DNA from: a virus | Taxonomy: Duplodnaviria > Heunggongvirae > Uroviricota > Caudoviricetes | Direction: 5' to 3' (one strand) | IMG/VR virus record: IMGVR_UViG_3300000292_000047 | Length of the DNA: 48,335 bases | In this document: positions 8,067 through 16,575 of the stretch, piece after piece | How the letters are laid out: every line of letters begins with the position of its first letter | How positions within the stretch are numbered: the first letter of the stretch is position 1 | The notes under the pieces: generated by a model | What the model saw: only the letters and a program-made list of their open reading frames with translations | Told to the model about the DNA's origin: nothing | Databases searched by the model: none | Program-made: the position numbers and the translations under genes

Positions 8067-8399
8067 TCAGATCTCCCGTATCGTGACGGGATAAAGCGCC
8101 TCTACCTGCTTTTTCTTCATGATGTAGACGTCTGTTCGCACACCTTTAGTGTCGACACAATCAATCGTCCCATCGTCATAAAACACCATGAAATCAAGTT
8201 TATAAACGACACCACCTGGCAGATGAAAAGGCACCTGCATAAGAAACGTCACAACGCGGCCAGCTTTTCTCAGTAGCTTCAGTTCGCAGTAGTAATCAGC
8301 CTCTTTTTTGCTATCAAAAGCGATATCATCGACAACCGTTTTTTTATTGCCGTATTTGCTTTTCCTGGTCGCTGGTTTGCGAAAGCCGGTATATCTCAT
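8067..8399 (-). CDS. DUF1064-like phage protein
   Basis: 110 aa; SKYGNKKTVVDDIAFDSKKEADYYCELKLL motif typical of this lambdoid nin-region family. Confidence 0.55.
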   Translation of the reverse strand: MRYTGFRKPATRKSKYGNKKTVVDDIAFDSKKEADYYCELKLLRKAGRVVTFLMQVPFHLPGGVVYKLDFMVFYDDGTIDCVDTKGVRTDVYIMKKKQVEALYPVTIREI

Positions 8400-8800
8400 T
8401 TGGTATCCCCTGGTACTTCACCAAGACTAAGATCAAACCCAATTTCGTCTTTAACTGACTGCGGCAACAGCTCCCACGTCTGCGCACACAAAAATTCATC
8501 TGTGCCATAACGCTCAACAAAGCGAGCACAATTACTCAGGGGAGGGTGACGAACGGCAATATGCGGAGGCACACGCCCACCACCAGGCACAACACCGCGA
8601 TGATGTGGTGCGCACAACCCAAAGCTATGGAAGTGGCAATTCTCATCAACGCTGCCGTAATCAGGATCGTGATGTAGCTCCGTCCACAGCTCTGGATTCT
8701 CAATTTCACGGCCATCAATAATGCAAGCTATGCAACCCACGTGAGTGAGCACCGCTTGTATATAAAGTTTCTCTTTCTTCGTTGGTGTACGTCCGTTCAT
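8396..8800 (-). CDS. Cys/His-rich putative zinc-binding protein
   Basis: 134 aa; CIACIIDG...ELHHDP...HFHSFGLCAPHHRG. Confidence 0.45.
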   Translation of the reverse strand: MNGRTPTKKEKLYIQAVLTHVGCIACIIDGREIENPELWTELHHDPDYGSVDENCHFHSFGLCAPHHRGVVPGGGRVPPHIAVRHPPLSNCARFVERYGTDEFLCAQTWELLPQSVKDEIGFDLSLGEVPGDTK

Positions 8801-9033
8801 CAGCGCCCCTTACCATTGATAAAGAGGTTGAACTCGTTGATTAACTGGACATACATGCTTCTGGCCGCGTAGTTCTTTGCCAGCTCTTTACGGGATGAGA
8901 TCCCGCAAAACTCACGCAGAATCACAGAGGCCTCAGAACTGTTTGAAACGTTCTTCCCTGTTTTACTGGTCAGAAAGCGCCAGAATTGGGGATTCTGGCA
9001 ATGCATCGCAGCACCGCGAACATAACTACTCAT
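8800..9033 (-). CDS. Hypothetical protein
   Basis: 77 aa, ATG verified, operon context. Confidence 0.4.
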   Translation of the reverse strand: MSSYVRGAAMHCQNPQFWRFLTSKTGKNVSNSSEASVILREFCGISSRKELAKNYAARSMYVQLINEFNLFINGKGR

Positions 9034-9545
9034 TGATGGCCCCCGTCATTTCTGGTGCTTTTCACCGTGCGGCTTCTTAAAAACCTGCCATCACGAACAA
9101 CAGACACTTCTCGTTTACCCAACCTCATTTCACGGCGGTAACATTCAGAAAATGCCTCGTCCGGCATCATATAAATGCGACGCTTCGCCTCCGTATCCAG
9201 AAGGGAACGGCTTGGGGTTACATATAAGAACGACTCATCAATAGGGACAAAACCACGAGCAAGAATTGCTGGCAGAATACCAGGAAGAACGCAGAAAACA
9301 GCTCCACGATGCAGCAACATCTGGTACTCCATGACCTCCGTAATCCCCGTAACGACTGTTACGGTGTCACGTCTGTTACGGCTGGCAACCAGTCGCTGCA
9401 CACCTCCAATTTTCTGCTCTACAGATAGACGTTTGCTATCGTTATCAATATGATCGATAACAAATCCTTTAATCGTTTGATCAAGGTAGTGCACCACCTG
9501 CGATTGAATCTGGTGATTATCACCAAAGAAGGCCAGAATCATCAT
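9030..9545 (-). CDS. Hypothetical protein
   Basis: 171 aa, ATG verified, ATGA coupling with upstream gene. Confidence 0.45.
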   Translation of the reverse strand: MMILAFFGDNHQIQSQVVHYLDQTIKGFVIDHIDNDSKRLSVEQKIGGVQRLVASRNRRDTVTVVTGITEVMEYQMLLHRGAVFCVLPGILPAILARGFVPIDESFLYVTPSRSLLDTEAKRRIYMMPDEAFSECYRREMRLGKREVSVVRDGRFLRSRTVKSTRNDGGHQ

Positions 9546-10036
9546 TCCTCAAGCCTCCCAAGTGCTGAACGCCGGGCGTTGCTAATCTCCTTATGAATCA
9601 GCTCGATATCGCTGGAATCTTTATTCTTAAGCTCCAGCACGGTAATCGCATCACGAACCTCTGAAACGGTTACGTGTGAGTGTTTCCAGCGAGCAATGAA
9701 TCGCGGACCGCGTAGATTGCAACGCTCCGCAGGCATCCCCAGCTCAGAGAAAACCGCTTTCAGCCTTGATAAGCAGTTAACAGGGAGATTCCCTTTGATC
9801 TTGTTCTGCCGAACCGATGTGCCATCGCTACGCTGGCGCTGACGTTCGGCAAAATCTGCCGCCCATTGCTGGACGTTAATCCGGCCTTCCGAATACGCCA
9901 CCAGCAGCGTCAGGTTATCCGCACGAGGGAATCTCTCGAAGCGATACCAGGCACCAATCAGTGATGACGTAAAGCCAAACTTTCTGGCAACACCAATTTG
10001 GCCTCCATTTTCGTCAACCCACTCCTGAAAGGTCAT
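9542..10036 (-). CDS. Putative early regulator (first gene divergent from repressor; Cro/CII position)
   Basis: 164 aa; ATG 10034-10036 with GGAG SD; N-terminal HTH-like GVARKFGFTSSLIGAW. Confidence 0.35.
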   Translation of the reverse strand: MTFQEWVDENGGQIGVARKFGFTSSLIGAWYRFERFPRADNLTLLVAYSEGRINVQQWAADFAERQRQRSDGTSVRQNKIKGNLPVNCLSRLKAVFSELGMPAERCNLRGPRFIARWKHSHVTVSEVRDAITVLELKNKDSSDIELIHKEISNARRSALGRLEE

Positions 10037-10054
10037 TTAACGAACTCCAGTTAA

Positions 10055-10172
10055 ACCACGATATGTGGTATTAAAACCACATATCGTGAGTTTTTCAATG
10101 GGCGAAACAAAAAATAACCTTCTATTTGTGGTCCACCTCTCGTCTTACCATGTGAAAACCACTAAATGTGGT
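10055..10172. promoter_or_regulatory. Immunity operator region with three ACCAC-N5-GTGGT-type sites between divergent genes
   Basis: accacgatatgtggt (10055-10069), accacatatcgtgag (10076-10090), accactaaatgtggt (10158-10172). Confidence 0.6.
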
Positions 10173-10209
10173 AATGTATAAATAACCCACCATTCACGAT
10201 TGATGAGAC

Positions 10210-10866
10210 ATGAAAAGCAACGACGAGAACATCAAGAAAGAAATAGGTCTGCGCATTCAGACTCTACGGAAACAATCCGGCATGACTGCCGGAGATCTCC
10301 AGCAAGTCACTGGAATAGGCTTAAGCACCTTGCAGAACTATGAGGCCGGATTAAGACAACCATCTATACCTGCCATCAAGAAAATCGCGCACGCCCTGAA
10401 AGCATCAGCGCCTTATATCGCGTGCTTAACAGATAACCCGTTCCCACCCCAGAATACTAACGCTCCTGTTATTCCTGGGCTTGTAGCTATAAAAAATGAC
10501 ATAGCATCGCACGCCGGAGAAAAGCCAGTGCTGGCGATAGAACAGGAGATTCTACGAAGCAAGAACATCAACCCATCGTCTCTGTCAGTTCTCCAGAGCA
10601 ACGATGAGTTAATGTCACCAACAATATCCCCTGGCTCCCAAGTCCTGATTAATACAGACGATACAGAGATTCATGAGGGGATCTATGCCCTTGAAGACAG
10701 AAATGGCCTGGTTGTTTTGAGGCACTGTAGAGTCATACCGGGTGACAATGCTGTTATGCTGTCAACCGAAAGGGATGCTGAAATGAACACTAAGCATCTG
10801 AATAACGAGGAATTTAAGCGTTATAAAGTTCTTGGCCGCGTAGTTAGTGTTGTCAACTGGTTATGA
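10210..10866 (+). CDS. CI-type phage repressor (XRE HTH + S24 LexA-like peptidase domain)
   Basis: 218 aa; N-terminal HTH (LQQVTGIGLSTLQNYEAG), C-terminal S24-like region; divergent from early operon. Confidence 0.75.
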   Translation: MKSNDENIKKEIGLRIQTLRKQSGMTAGDLQQVTGIGLSTLQNYEAGLRQPSIPAIKKIAHALKASAPYIACLTDNPFPPQNTNAPVIPGLVAIKNDIASHAGEKPVLAIEQEILRSKNINPSSLSVLQSNDELMSPTISPGSQVLINTDDTEIHEGIYALEDRNGLVVLRHCRVIPGDNAVMLSTERDAEMNTKHLNNEEFKRYKVLGRVVSVVNWL

Positions 10867-10908
10867 TACACAGCACGGCGAAAGCCGTGCATTTCTACGC
10901 TCAAAAAA

Positions 10909-10923
10909 ACCACATTTTGTGGT
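10909..10923. promoter_or_regulatory. Fourth operator-like palindrome downstream of repressor gene
   Basis: accacattttgtggt, same ACCAC-N5-GTGGT architecture; preceded by GNRA-loop hairpin 10872-10889. Confidence 0.5.
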
Positions 10924-10958
10924 TTTGACAACATGTAAAAGTATAAAAGAGGCTACGC

Positions 10959-11333
10959 ATGGAATTACATACAGCCAATAAAAACGAAACTCTGATCACT
11001 GCTGGAATCGAAATCCAAGCGTTGAACATAGCGATTGAGTGTATGTTATGCCAAATCATTGATAATGAGAAAGATATCGACTGGATAGAATCTATCCTTC
11101 ATCTGGCATCAGAACAAAAAGTCTGCCTCAAAACGGCCTTACAATACGATGTGCCAGCGATATCGAAGCTGTGCCAGCCATTGATGGCATATAACAGGGC
11201 TATTATTTCTGTATGCCTCATGATTCTTGATGAAAACACCCCTCTTAGCGACCGCTCAGAAGCTGCTCTCACCCTCTCACGTAAACAGCGACAGCTAGCA
11301 AATCAACTGATATCAACGATAGCTGACCTCTGA
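10959..11333 (+). CDS. Hypothetical protein
   Basis: 124 aa; AAGAGG SD; followed by hairpin aagcgggc-taac-gcccgctt. Confidence 0.45.
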   Translation: MELHTANKNETLITAGIEIQALNIAIECMLCQIIDNEKDIDWIESILHLASEQKVCLKTALQYDVPAISKLCQPLMAYNRAIISVCLMILDENTPLSDRSEAALTLSRKQRQLANQLISTIADL

Positions 11334-11360
11334 CTGAAAGCGGGCTAACGCCCGCTTACA

Positions 11361-11460
11361 TGATTATAGATTTATATAATTATATAAAACGCTTTTCATC
11401 CGCCAAAAAGTTGGTTATGCTTACCTCGTTCTATAAATATAGATTTATAGAATTATATAA
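11361..11460. promoter_or_regulatory. AT-rich repeat block upstream of parA (candidate centromere/operator)
   Basis: ttatagatttatataattatataa and ctataaatatagatttatagaattatataa; same motif as in leader repeats. Confidence 0.55.
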
Positions 11461-11483
11461 CCAAACACATGGAGTCTCGACAA

Positions 11484-12137
11484 ATGACTATCTCTGTAGG
11501 TATTTTCAACGGAAAAGGCGGCGTAACCAAATCAACAATTGCCCGTGCTTTAGCAGTTGCTTATGCAAAGGCCGGCTGGAATGTATGCCTGATCGATATG
11601 GATGTGCTTAACGGAACGGTAACGCGTTGGGTACAACGCAGAATGGCCAACAATATCGAACCTGCAATCGCGGCGCAGCCGTGCGGCACGCCATCACAAG
11701 TCCAGAAAATCATCGAATCAGAAGTATACGACCTGGTTATCGTCGATGGCGGTGCCTACGCATCTGAATCAGTACCGAAGCTCTCTGAATTTCTGGATAT
11801 GGTTATTTTGCCAACCAGATTCTCTACCGATGACCTAGAAACCACCGTTAACACAGCTCACGGCATCGTTAAAAAGGGTGTGCCAATCAAGAAAATTTGC
11901 ATGGTGTTCTCAGGCGCGGCTGAAAACGAAGCCGACTACATTGAAGCCCAAGAGTACCTAGCTAATACGCCATACTTTGTTGTCGATAAGTACATTCCCC
12001 ACAAGCCAGCTCTGAGCAAAGCTCAGGATAAGGGCTTAAGCCTCATTGAATGCTCATACGTTGCGCCACGCAAAAAGGCAGACGACGTTATTCAGGGGAT
12101 TATCAACCAGCTTGAGGCTCTGACTACTGCCGCGTAA
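11484..12137 (+). CDS. parA: ParA/ParF-type partition ATPase (alternative ATG at 11469)
   Basis: Deviant Walker A GKGGVTKST; MinD/ParA fold; GGAG SD before ATG 11484. Confidence 0.8.
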   Translation: MTISVGIFNGKGGVTKSTIARALAVAYAKAGWNVCLIDMDVLNGTVTRWVQRRMANNIEPAIAAQPCGTPSQVQKIIESEVYDLVIVDGGAYASESVPKLSEFLDMVILPTRFSTDDLETTVNTAHGIVKKGVPIKKICMVFSGAAENEADYIEAQEYLANTPYFVVDKYIPHKPALSKAQDKGLSLIECSYVAPRKKADDVIQGIINQLEALTTAA

Positions 12138-12168
12138 TATATAATTATAGTTTTATAGATTTATATAA
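12136..12168. promoter_or_regulatory. AT-rich repeat block between parA and parG-like gene
   Basis: atataattatagttttatagatttatata. Confidence 0.5.
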
Positions 12169-12180
12169 GAGGGGATACAC

Positions 12181-12429
12181 ATGGCCGGACCATCAAAACC
12201 ACCAAAGAAGAACAGCAAAGGCGTACCGCCATCGATCGAACAACCGCAGGTTTTCGACCCGACTGAAACGCCAACCAGAACCAAATCAGGTGGGGCACAA
12301 ATGGCGTTTAACGTCGACCCTGAATTTAAACGCGAGTACAAAACGTTCGCCAGCTCAATGGATATGTCATTGAAAGAAGTGCTGACAAAATCTTTTGAGT
12401 TACTCAAGGCTCAATACAACCAGAAGTAA
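12181..12429 (+). CDS. ParG-like ribbon-helix-helix centromere-binding protein
   Basis: 82 aa immediately after ParA; basic unstructured N-terminus then predicted beta-strand/helix segment; AGAGGGG SD. Confidence 0.55.
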   Translation: MAGPSKPPKKNSKGVPPSIEQPQVFDPTETPTRTKSGGAQMAFNVDPEFKREYKTFASSMDMSLKEVLTKSFELLKAQYNQK

Positions 12430-12491
12430 GAGAAGGTGACGGCCTCCAGCGCCAACTGTTGGCCGTCGCGACACAACAAGGGGAATTTGTT

Positions 12492-12641
12492 ATGTCCGAG
12501 CAACAATATACACGGTTACTGAAAGCTCGTCTAACCGACCTCAAACGGCTGCAAGCTGGTCGCTTATTTGCCCTGCTATCCACCAGGCCAGAATGGGTAC
12601 GTGAAGCAGTTCTGAAAGGCTTAATGCGCTCCAGCGTTTAA
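12492..12641 (+). CDS. Small hypothetical protein
   Basis: 49 aa from ATG 12492 with AAGGGGAA SD. Confidence 0.3.
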   Translation: MSEQQYTRLLKARLTDLKRLQAGRLFALLSTRPEWVREAVLKGLMRSSV

Positions 12642-12650
12642 ATTCAACCA

Positions 12651-12674
12651 TAAAAAAGGCCCCCGAAGGGGCCT
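12651..12674. terminator. Hairpin terminator, usable on minus strand (bidirectional candidate)
   Basis: aggcccc-cgaa-ggggcct perfect stem; A-run on plus gives U-run on minus. Confidence 0.6.
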
Positions 12675-12679
12675 AATCG

Positions 12680-12802
12680 CTACTTGCTGCTAATGTTTAT
12701 CGTCACATTCAGAGCGTTATCAGTAATCTTCCAACCCTCCCCATGTGGCGTAAACAAAGCCCCAGTAACAACGATAAAAATACACATACAGTATTTTTTC
12801 AT
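12680..12802 (-). CDS. Small hydrophobic peptide (40 aa), candidate type I toxin-like or exported peptide
   Basis: MKKYCMCIFIVVTGALFTPHGEGWKITDNALNVTINISSK; ATG inside track ORF 12680-12862; terminator immediately downstream. Confidence 0.3.
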   Translation of the reverse strand: MKKYCMCIFIVVTGALFTPHGEGWKITDNALNVTINISSK

Positions 12803-13200
12803 TGTATGGCCCTTACAGGCCGTTTCACGGCATCCCCACCGACGAAAACAACGCGAGAGCAAGCACGGCTGCTTGTGCTTGCATGTACGGCAACGGAGAA
12901 TCCTCCCCTAAAGTCGGTGCCCGGGTGCGAATCGGCGGGAAGGTCCACAGGTATTTTACGATTATTTTAAGATTAGTAATAGGAAAGAAATTAAACGAAA
13001 AAACTCGTTTATTTTCACAAAATCAGTAACCTACCCACAATCTGTGAGTTTGCAGGCACAACAAGAATCACAATTTTTTGAAGCATAATAGTGGACTATT
13101 ATTACCTTTTGGGTAAAATTAACTTGCTGCTTGTGCTTGCGTGGTTGTTTATACAACGACGTTATGCTGAAAGGACCGCGAATCCGATCAGCACGAAAGA

Positions 13201-13227
13201 ACCGTCCTCAATAGGGCGGTTTTTTTG
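13201..13227 (+). terminator. Intrinsic terminator (plus)
   Basis: accgtcc-tcaata-gggcggt then T7. Confidence 0.6.
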
Positions 13228-13309
13228 TTTCTGCCTACCAATAAACCCACGCTATGTGGTTGTCTCTGTTAAAATCCCGCCGTATTGACATGAATGCGCC
13301 ATTGGTGGA

Positions 13310-13392
13310 CACTTTCCGAGCCGTAGCAAAATCTACGGTCGGGATTGGAACCCCGTAGACACAATGGCGCATACCGCGTTAGCGGTTTTTTT
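13310..13392 (+). ncRNA. Candidate small structured RNA ending at intrinsic terminator, upstream of antirepressor operon
   Basis: TTGACA at 13285-13290; hairpins ccgtag/ctacgg; terminator accgc-gtta-gcggt + T7 (13373-13392); no ORF. Confidence 0.3.
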
Positions 13393-13558
13393 ATGCGTAA
13401 AGCACTGCTACACCCAAATTATGGTGGGGCGTGCGGGGGAGTCGTAAGACTCGCCGGTTCGTCATTGTGTCCGGTAGTTCCAACCCTGCACGTCTCACCA
13501 CCCAATGATTGGAACCTGACGGTGGTGAGTATCCTTAACCTTTAAGGGAATCATCACA

Positions 13559-13750
13559 ATGACAAACCTACCCCATGACTATTACGTCAACCTCGTAAAG
13601 ATCCTTCTCAAGAAAGCCTCATACGCCGATAAATTCCGCCTGGCTGAAATCATCGAGCGCGAAGCTATGCGCATCGCCAGCAACGATAACGCTGTTTCTG
13701 ACGCAAAAATCTCCCTCGTAACCAAAGTTGTTATGGGAGGTGCAAAATGA
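13559..13750 (+). CDS. Small protein translationally coupled to antirepressor
   Basis: 63 aa; stop overlaps ant start (ATGA). Confidence 0.45.
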   Translation: MTNLPHDYYVNLVKILLKKASYADKFRLAEIIEREAMRIASNDNAVSDAKISLVTKVVMGGAK

Positions 13751-14898
13751 AAACGCTTCCGATCGTTAACACCCTACAGCCTATCCTGCATAATCAGATT
13801 CCAGTAATCACAACTGAGCTACTCGCCCGCCTTTATGGAACAGAAGCAATCCGTATACAGCAAAATCACCATGAAAATAAAACTCGGTTCATTGAGGGGA
13901 AGCACTTCTTTAAAGCTGTTGGTGATGAACTCAAAAATTTGCGACTAGTTTTAAACGAGTCACAAAATGAGGTGCAAATTTCCCCCAAAACTCGCTCTCT
14001 CATCCTCTGGACAGAACGCGGGGCTGCACGTCACGCCAAAATGCTTGAAACTAACCAAGCGTGGGATGTGTTCGAACGGCTGGAAGACTGCTATTTCAAC
14101 CAGAACGCGCAAACGGCCGCGACCGTTACCGTCTCGCCAAACAATCCTCGTGAGGTTGTCGATACGCTCAACGCCAAACCGATGTTTTACATTAAGGTGT
14201 GCAACAACGAGCCACTCACAACCTCAGCCGATGTTGCCCAGGCATTCAGCACCACAAACAATTCCATCGTTATGGCCATCGATGCGTTACGCATTCCTCG
14301 TACAGCTGCGGCACGTCATTTCTTTAAAGAGCAACGACCGCTGGAAGGAAGCGACCGCGAAATAACAATCTATCGCATGACAAAAGACGGATTTACCTTG
14401 CTCATGGAAAGTATCGACGGTCCAGGCGTGAAAGATATCAAGCTGGCCTACATTGAAGCCTTTAACGCTATCAGCAGCGTGTTAAAAACACAGTACGAGC
14501 GTGATCTGGCTAAACGACTGTACCAGGAAAAAACGATTATCCGCGCGGCAACAGAGCATAATCGGCTATTAACAGAACCGAAATACAGGAAGGAACTAAT
14601 CAAGGAGTTTGACAAGGCAACAGGGAAAACCAAAGCGGCGCTAAATCTGCCAGCAATGACTCAGGAAAATGTGATATCAGCCTTACTTCTTGATCTGCTC
14701 AGAAACGCCAGAGCACTTATCAGCTTTGACGAAAACCTGAATCCTCAGCTCAAGCTACTACCACCGACAGGCAAAGTAGTCGACCAGGCTGATCACAACA
14801 GCATACTCAGCGTACTGGATGCAAACCTGCCAGCCAGGACACTACAGGATCTGATAAAAACATGTGCTGATAAGCTGGCACAGAAGAGCAGACCATAA
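13747..14898 (+). CDS. Antirepressor-type regulatory protein (ORF6N-like N-terminus + Rha domain)
   Basis: 383 aa; ITIYRMTKDGFTLLMESIDGPGVKDIKLAYIEAFN matches Rha pattern; GGAGG SD. Confidence 0.7.
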   Translation: MKTLPIVNTLQPILHNQIPVITTELLARLYGTEAIRIQQNHHENKTRFIEGKHFFKAVGDELKNLRLVLNESQNEVQISPKTRSLILWTERGAARHAKMLETNQAWDVFERLEDCYFNQNAQTAATVTVSPNNPREVVDTLNAKPMFYIKVCNNEPLTTSADVAQAFSTTNNSIVMAIDALRIPRTAAARHFFKEQRPLEGSDREITIYRMTKDGFTLLMESIDGPGVKDIKLAYIEAFNAISSVLKTQYERDLAKRLYQEKTIIRAATEHNRLLTEPKYRKELIKEFDKATGKTKAALNLPAMTQENVISALLLDLLRNARALISFDENLNPQLKLLPPTGKVVDQADHNSILSVLDANLPARTLQDLIKTCADKLAQKSRP

Positions 14899-14902
14899 CT
14901 AC

Positions 14903-14930
14903 AAGGGGCTACGGCCCCTTACTCTTTTCT
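14903..14930 (+). terminator. Intrinsic terminator after antirepressor gene
   Basis: aaggggc-tacg-gcccctt followed by actcttttctc. Confidence 0.65.
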
Positions 14931-15636
14931 CTCTTATCAACGCCAGAGACTTTCTGAAAATCCTTTCGAATAGCGTCAGCATCACGCGCTAAGCCCATAC
15001 TGGAACGTGTCGCCATATGACGAAAATGATCAACTGCCGGAAACAAAGAAATAATGGACCCAATAGCTTGCAGCAAACTCGCTTTTCTACGCATCATAAT
15101 TCCACCATAACCGATAACCACCCTTCAGACACAACCCCCCCTCCCCCCATACAGGGTGCCCTTTACCGGAGTTCCGGCCCCTTCTCAAAAGCATCAAAAA
15201 AAGCTCGAGATCGAGTACCGGAACTCATGCCACCAGATAGCTCCACATCGTTTCCAATGCTTCGCCGCCGTGTGCGCCCTGTGGCCCACAATCATGCCAT
15301 TGGTCGTCTGATATACCTTCTTCTGCTCATAGAGCACAGGCGAGTTGTCGCACTCCTACCTTTCTCAGACTCGACTTAGTTTAGATCGCTGTTCCTGGCT
15401 TGCGTCAGCACACTTTCCCCTTGTACGCATACCCGCGCGCCACTTCGCCCAAAAACACCGAACCCAACGAAGTGGCAAAGACAACGACGCGAGCGTGAGT
15501 CTGAAATGGGCACCAGTAAAAAAGGGGTTGCAGGCGCAAAAAGATTTGATTATCTTTAGACGCAAGAAAGCCGCCCCAATCAAGAGGTGTCTTTTTAAAT
15601 CCAGCCTACCAAGCAAGATTTAAATTTCAGACTGAA

Positions 15637-15660
15637 AACCGCCCGGCAAGGCGGTTTTTG
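15637..15660 (+). terminator. Intrinsic terminator closing an ORF-poor region
   Basis: ccgcc-cggcaa-ggcgg + TTTTT. Confidence 0.55.
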
Positions 15661-15719
15661 TCTTTCTGGCGCTTACATTACACCACCATAAAACGATCCG
15701 TAAAGGATCATTTGATCCC

Positions 15720-15980
15720 TTATTCCAATTCTGACGACACTTTAACCTTTTCCCATACAAGGGTTTGCAGCCTTAACAGAATCGCATCTTTATCAAGGTG
15801 TGAAAGATCCTTAACCATATCGTCAAACGACAGAACGCGAATGGCCATCTCAATGACCCTCGGCGGCTCACCCTTCTCATATCGCTTATATGTAGCCAAC
15901 GATATCCCAAACTCTTCGGCGGCTCGCTCCTGCGTCCAGTTCATCCCACGACGCCATAATTTCAATTCGTAACCCGTCAT
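15720..15980 (-). CDS. XRE-family HTH transcriptional regulator
   Basis: 86 aa; LKLWRRGMNWTQERAAEEFGISLATYKRYEKG; GAGGA SD. Confidence 0.65.
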   Translation of the reverse strand: MTGYELKLWRRGMNWTQERAAEEFGISLATYKRYEKGEPPRVIEMAIRVLSFDDMVKDLSHLDKDAILLRLQTLVWEKVKVSSELE

Positions 15981-16081
15981 TACATCCTCTACCTTTCCCT
16001 AGATATTCAATAAATTAGACATAGCCACTCACGACAAAATAAGATGTATTAACAATCCAATCTTTAGGCTTTAGGTAAAAA

Positions 16082-16507
16082 ATGAGTTCATCTGCTTTTG
16101 TCACCGTGGTCACTGGTGTAAGTGTTTTTGTTCTAGGCCAACTCATCGTCAAAGGAGCTATTGAGCCTTACATTTCATTCAGGGAACAACTAGGGAAAAT
16201 ATCCAATCTGTTATTGTGTAACCAAGCAAAAATAGTGAATCCTGGCTCGAACTTAAAGCCAGAAATCATTCATGATCTAAAAGATTCCGCAGCACAGTTA
16301 ATGGCGAAATATTCCACTTTACCTTTCTATATCAAAAAGTTACATATCGGCTTTCGTCTTGTTCCATCAGCCACCGAGATTCTTGGAGCAGCTCGAAATT
16401 TGAACTATATAGCGTCAATACATGAAGGTAAGACTGGGGAGAATCCATCTAGGCATCTCGAAGAGATTGGCCATATGCTCAAAATACCAACTACCTATTC
16501 AAGCTAA
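16082..16507 (+). CDS. Membrane-anchored hypothetical protein (N-terminal TM helix)
   Basis: 141 aa; AFVTVVTGVSVFVLGQLIV helix; divergent from HTH gene; AT-rich. Confidence 0.5.
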   Translation: MSSSAFVTVVTGVSVFVLGQLIVKGAIEPYISFREQLGKISNLLLCNQAKIVNPGSNLKPEIIHDLKDSAAQLMAKYSTLPFYIKKLHIGFRLVPSATEILGAARNLNYIASIHEGKTGENPSRHLEEIGHMLKIPTTYSS

Positions 16508-16575
16508 CCCAATGTAAGTTATCGGCTTGCCCCACAATAAGTTATCTATCTTCAAACGCCCCCTATATTAACACT

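Noticed and set aside
11360-11611. ORF 11360-11611 (+) across the parA start
   Set aside because: Starts inside the AT-rich repeat block and overlaps parA in another frame; Cys/Arg-rich odd composition.
11361-12168. AT-rich repeat blocks as a CRISPR array
   Set aside because: Repeats are short, AT-only, irregularly spaced and without unique spacers; they sit at promoters, consistent with operator or centromere sites.
12684-13545. Plus-strand ORFs 12684-12911, 12743-12970, 12802-13029, 13091-13288, 13345-13545
   Set aside because: Overlapping frames across terminators and hairpins, no SDs; the region fits regulatory RNA better.
14909-15121. ORF 14909-15121 (-), 70 aa
   Set aside because: Weak SD and no recognisable family; ends at the bidirectional hairpin after the antirepressor gene. 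Could be real, but the evidence is too thin to call.
15017-15623. Track ORFs 15017-15379 (+), 15345-15623 (+), 15365-15616 (-)
   Set aside because: Low-complexity Pro/Thr/Arg-rich translations, mutually overlapping, no SD; the region is better explained as structured non-coding DNA.
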